Source of the DNA: Nitrospiria bacterium
GTDB lineage: Bacteria; Nitrospirota; Nitrospiria; JACQBZ01
DNA length: 64,000 bases
Direction of reading: 5' to 3'
NCBI GenBank assembly: GCA_035517655.1
Contig: DATIYJ010000041.1
Span: 5,801-69,800 of the forward strand
Part shown: positions 63,997 through 64,000 of the stretch, one piece after another
Numbering within the stretch: position 1 is the stretch's first letter
Layout of the letters: every line of letters begins with the position of its first letter
Notes under the pieces: model-generated
The model's database searches: none
Told to the model about the DNA's origin: nothing
The model's input: only the letters and a program-made list of their open reading frames with translations
Position numbers and translations under genes: made by a program

Positions 63997-64000
63997 GGAA

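Overview
This is a 64 kb high-GC (about 63%) bacterial chromosomal segment, densely coded on both strands. No rRNA, tRNA or CRISPR was seen. Housekeeping genes present: recQ, hrpB, ligA, nth, metK, ahcY, gmk, rpoZ, coaBC, aroQ and efp. The first 7 kb carries an RND efflux operon in the order OMF-MFP-RND. The middle (about 19.8 to 39.1 kb) is a large osmoadaptation and glucan-metabolism neighbourhood. It starts with an overlapping five-gene unit: MscS channel, unknown 224 aa protein, TreT, OtsA, OtsB. Then come pgm and a mosaic pseudogene made of a glycogen phosphorylase remnant fused to a P-type H+-ATPase fragment. Next is a second overlapping unit of two GpgS/MGS-like (GT81-type) glycosyltransferases plus a CmpX-like membrane protein. 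On the opposite strand sit glgX, glgB, an MpgP/GpgP-like HAD-IIB phosphatase and two Na+/H+ antiporters (CPA and NhaD). Other content: an HD-GYP phosphodiesterase, a PLC/AcpA-like phosphoesterase, an ABC/GldG/DUF4340 module, two low-GC orphan-gene islands, and two convergent toxin-antitoxin modules (DUF4258-DUF2283-XRE and YefM-ParE). The most striking non-coding signal is a family of six intergenic repeats with conserved ends. The three short copies carry a central hairpin whose sequence differs but whose pairing is preserved. Every copy lies within about 25 bp of a gene boundary, several inside operons. Other oddities: a 45 bp AT-rich element shared upstream of two unrelated low-GC orphan genes, an SP6-promoter-like 20-mer, a long perfect 16 bp inverted repeat, and a homopolymer frameshift in a DHFR-family gene.
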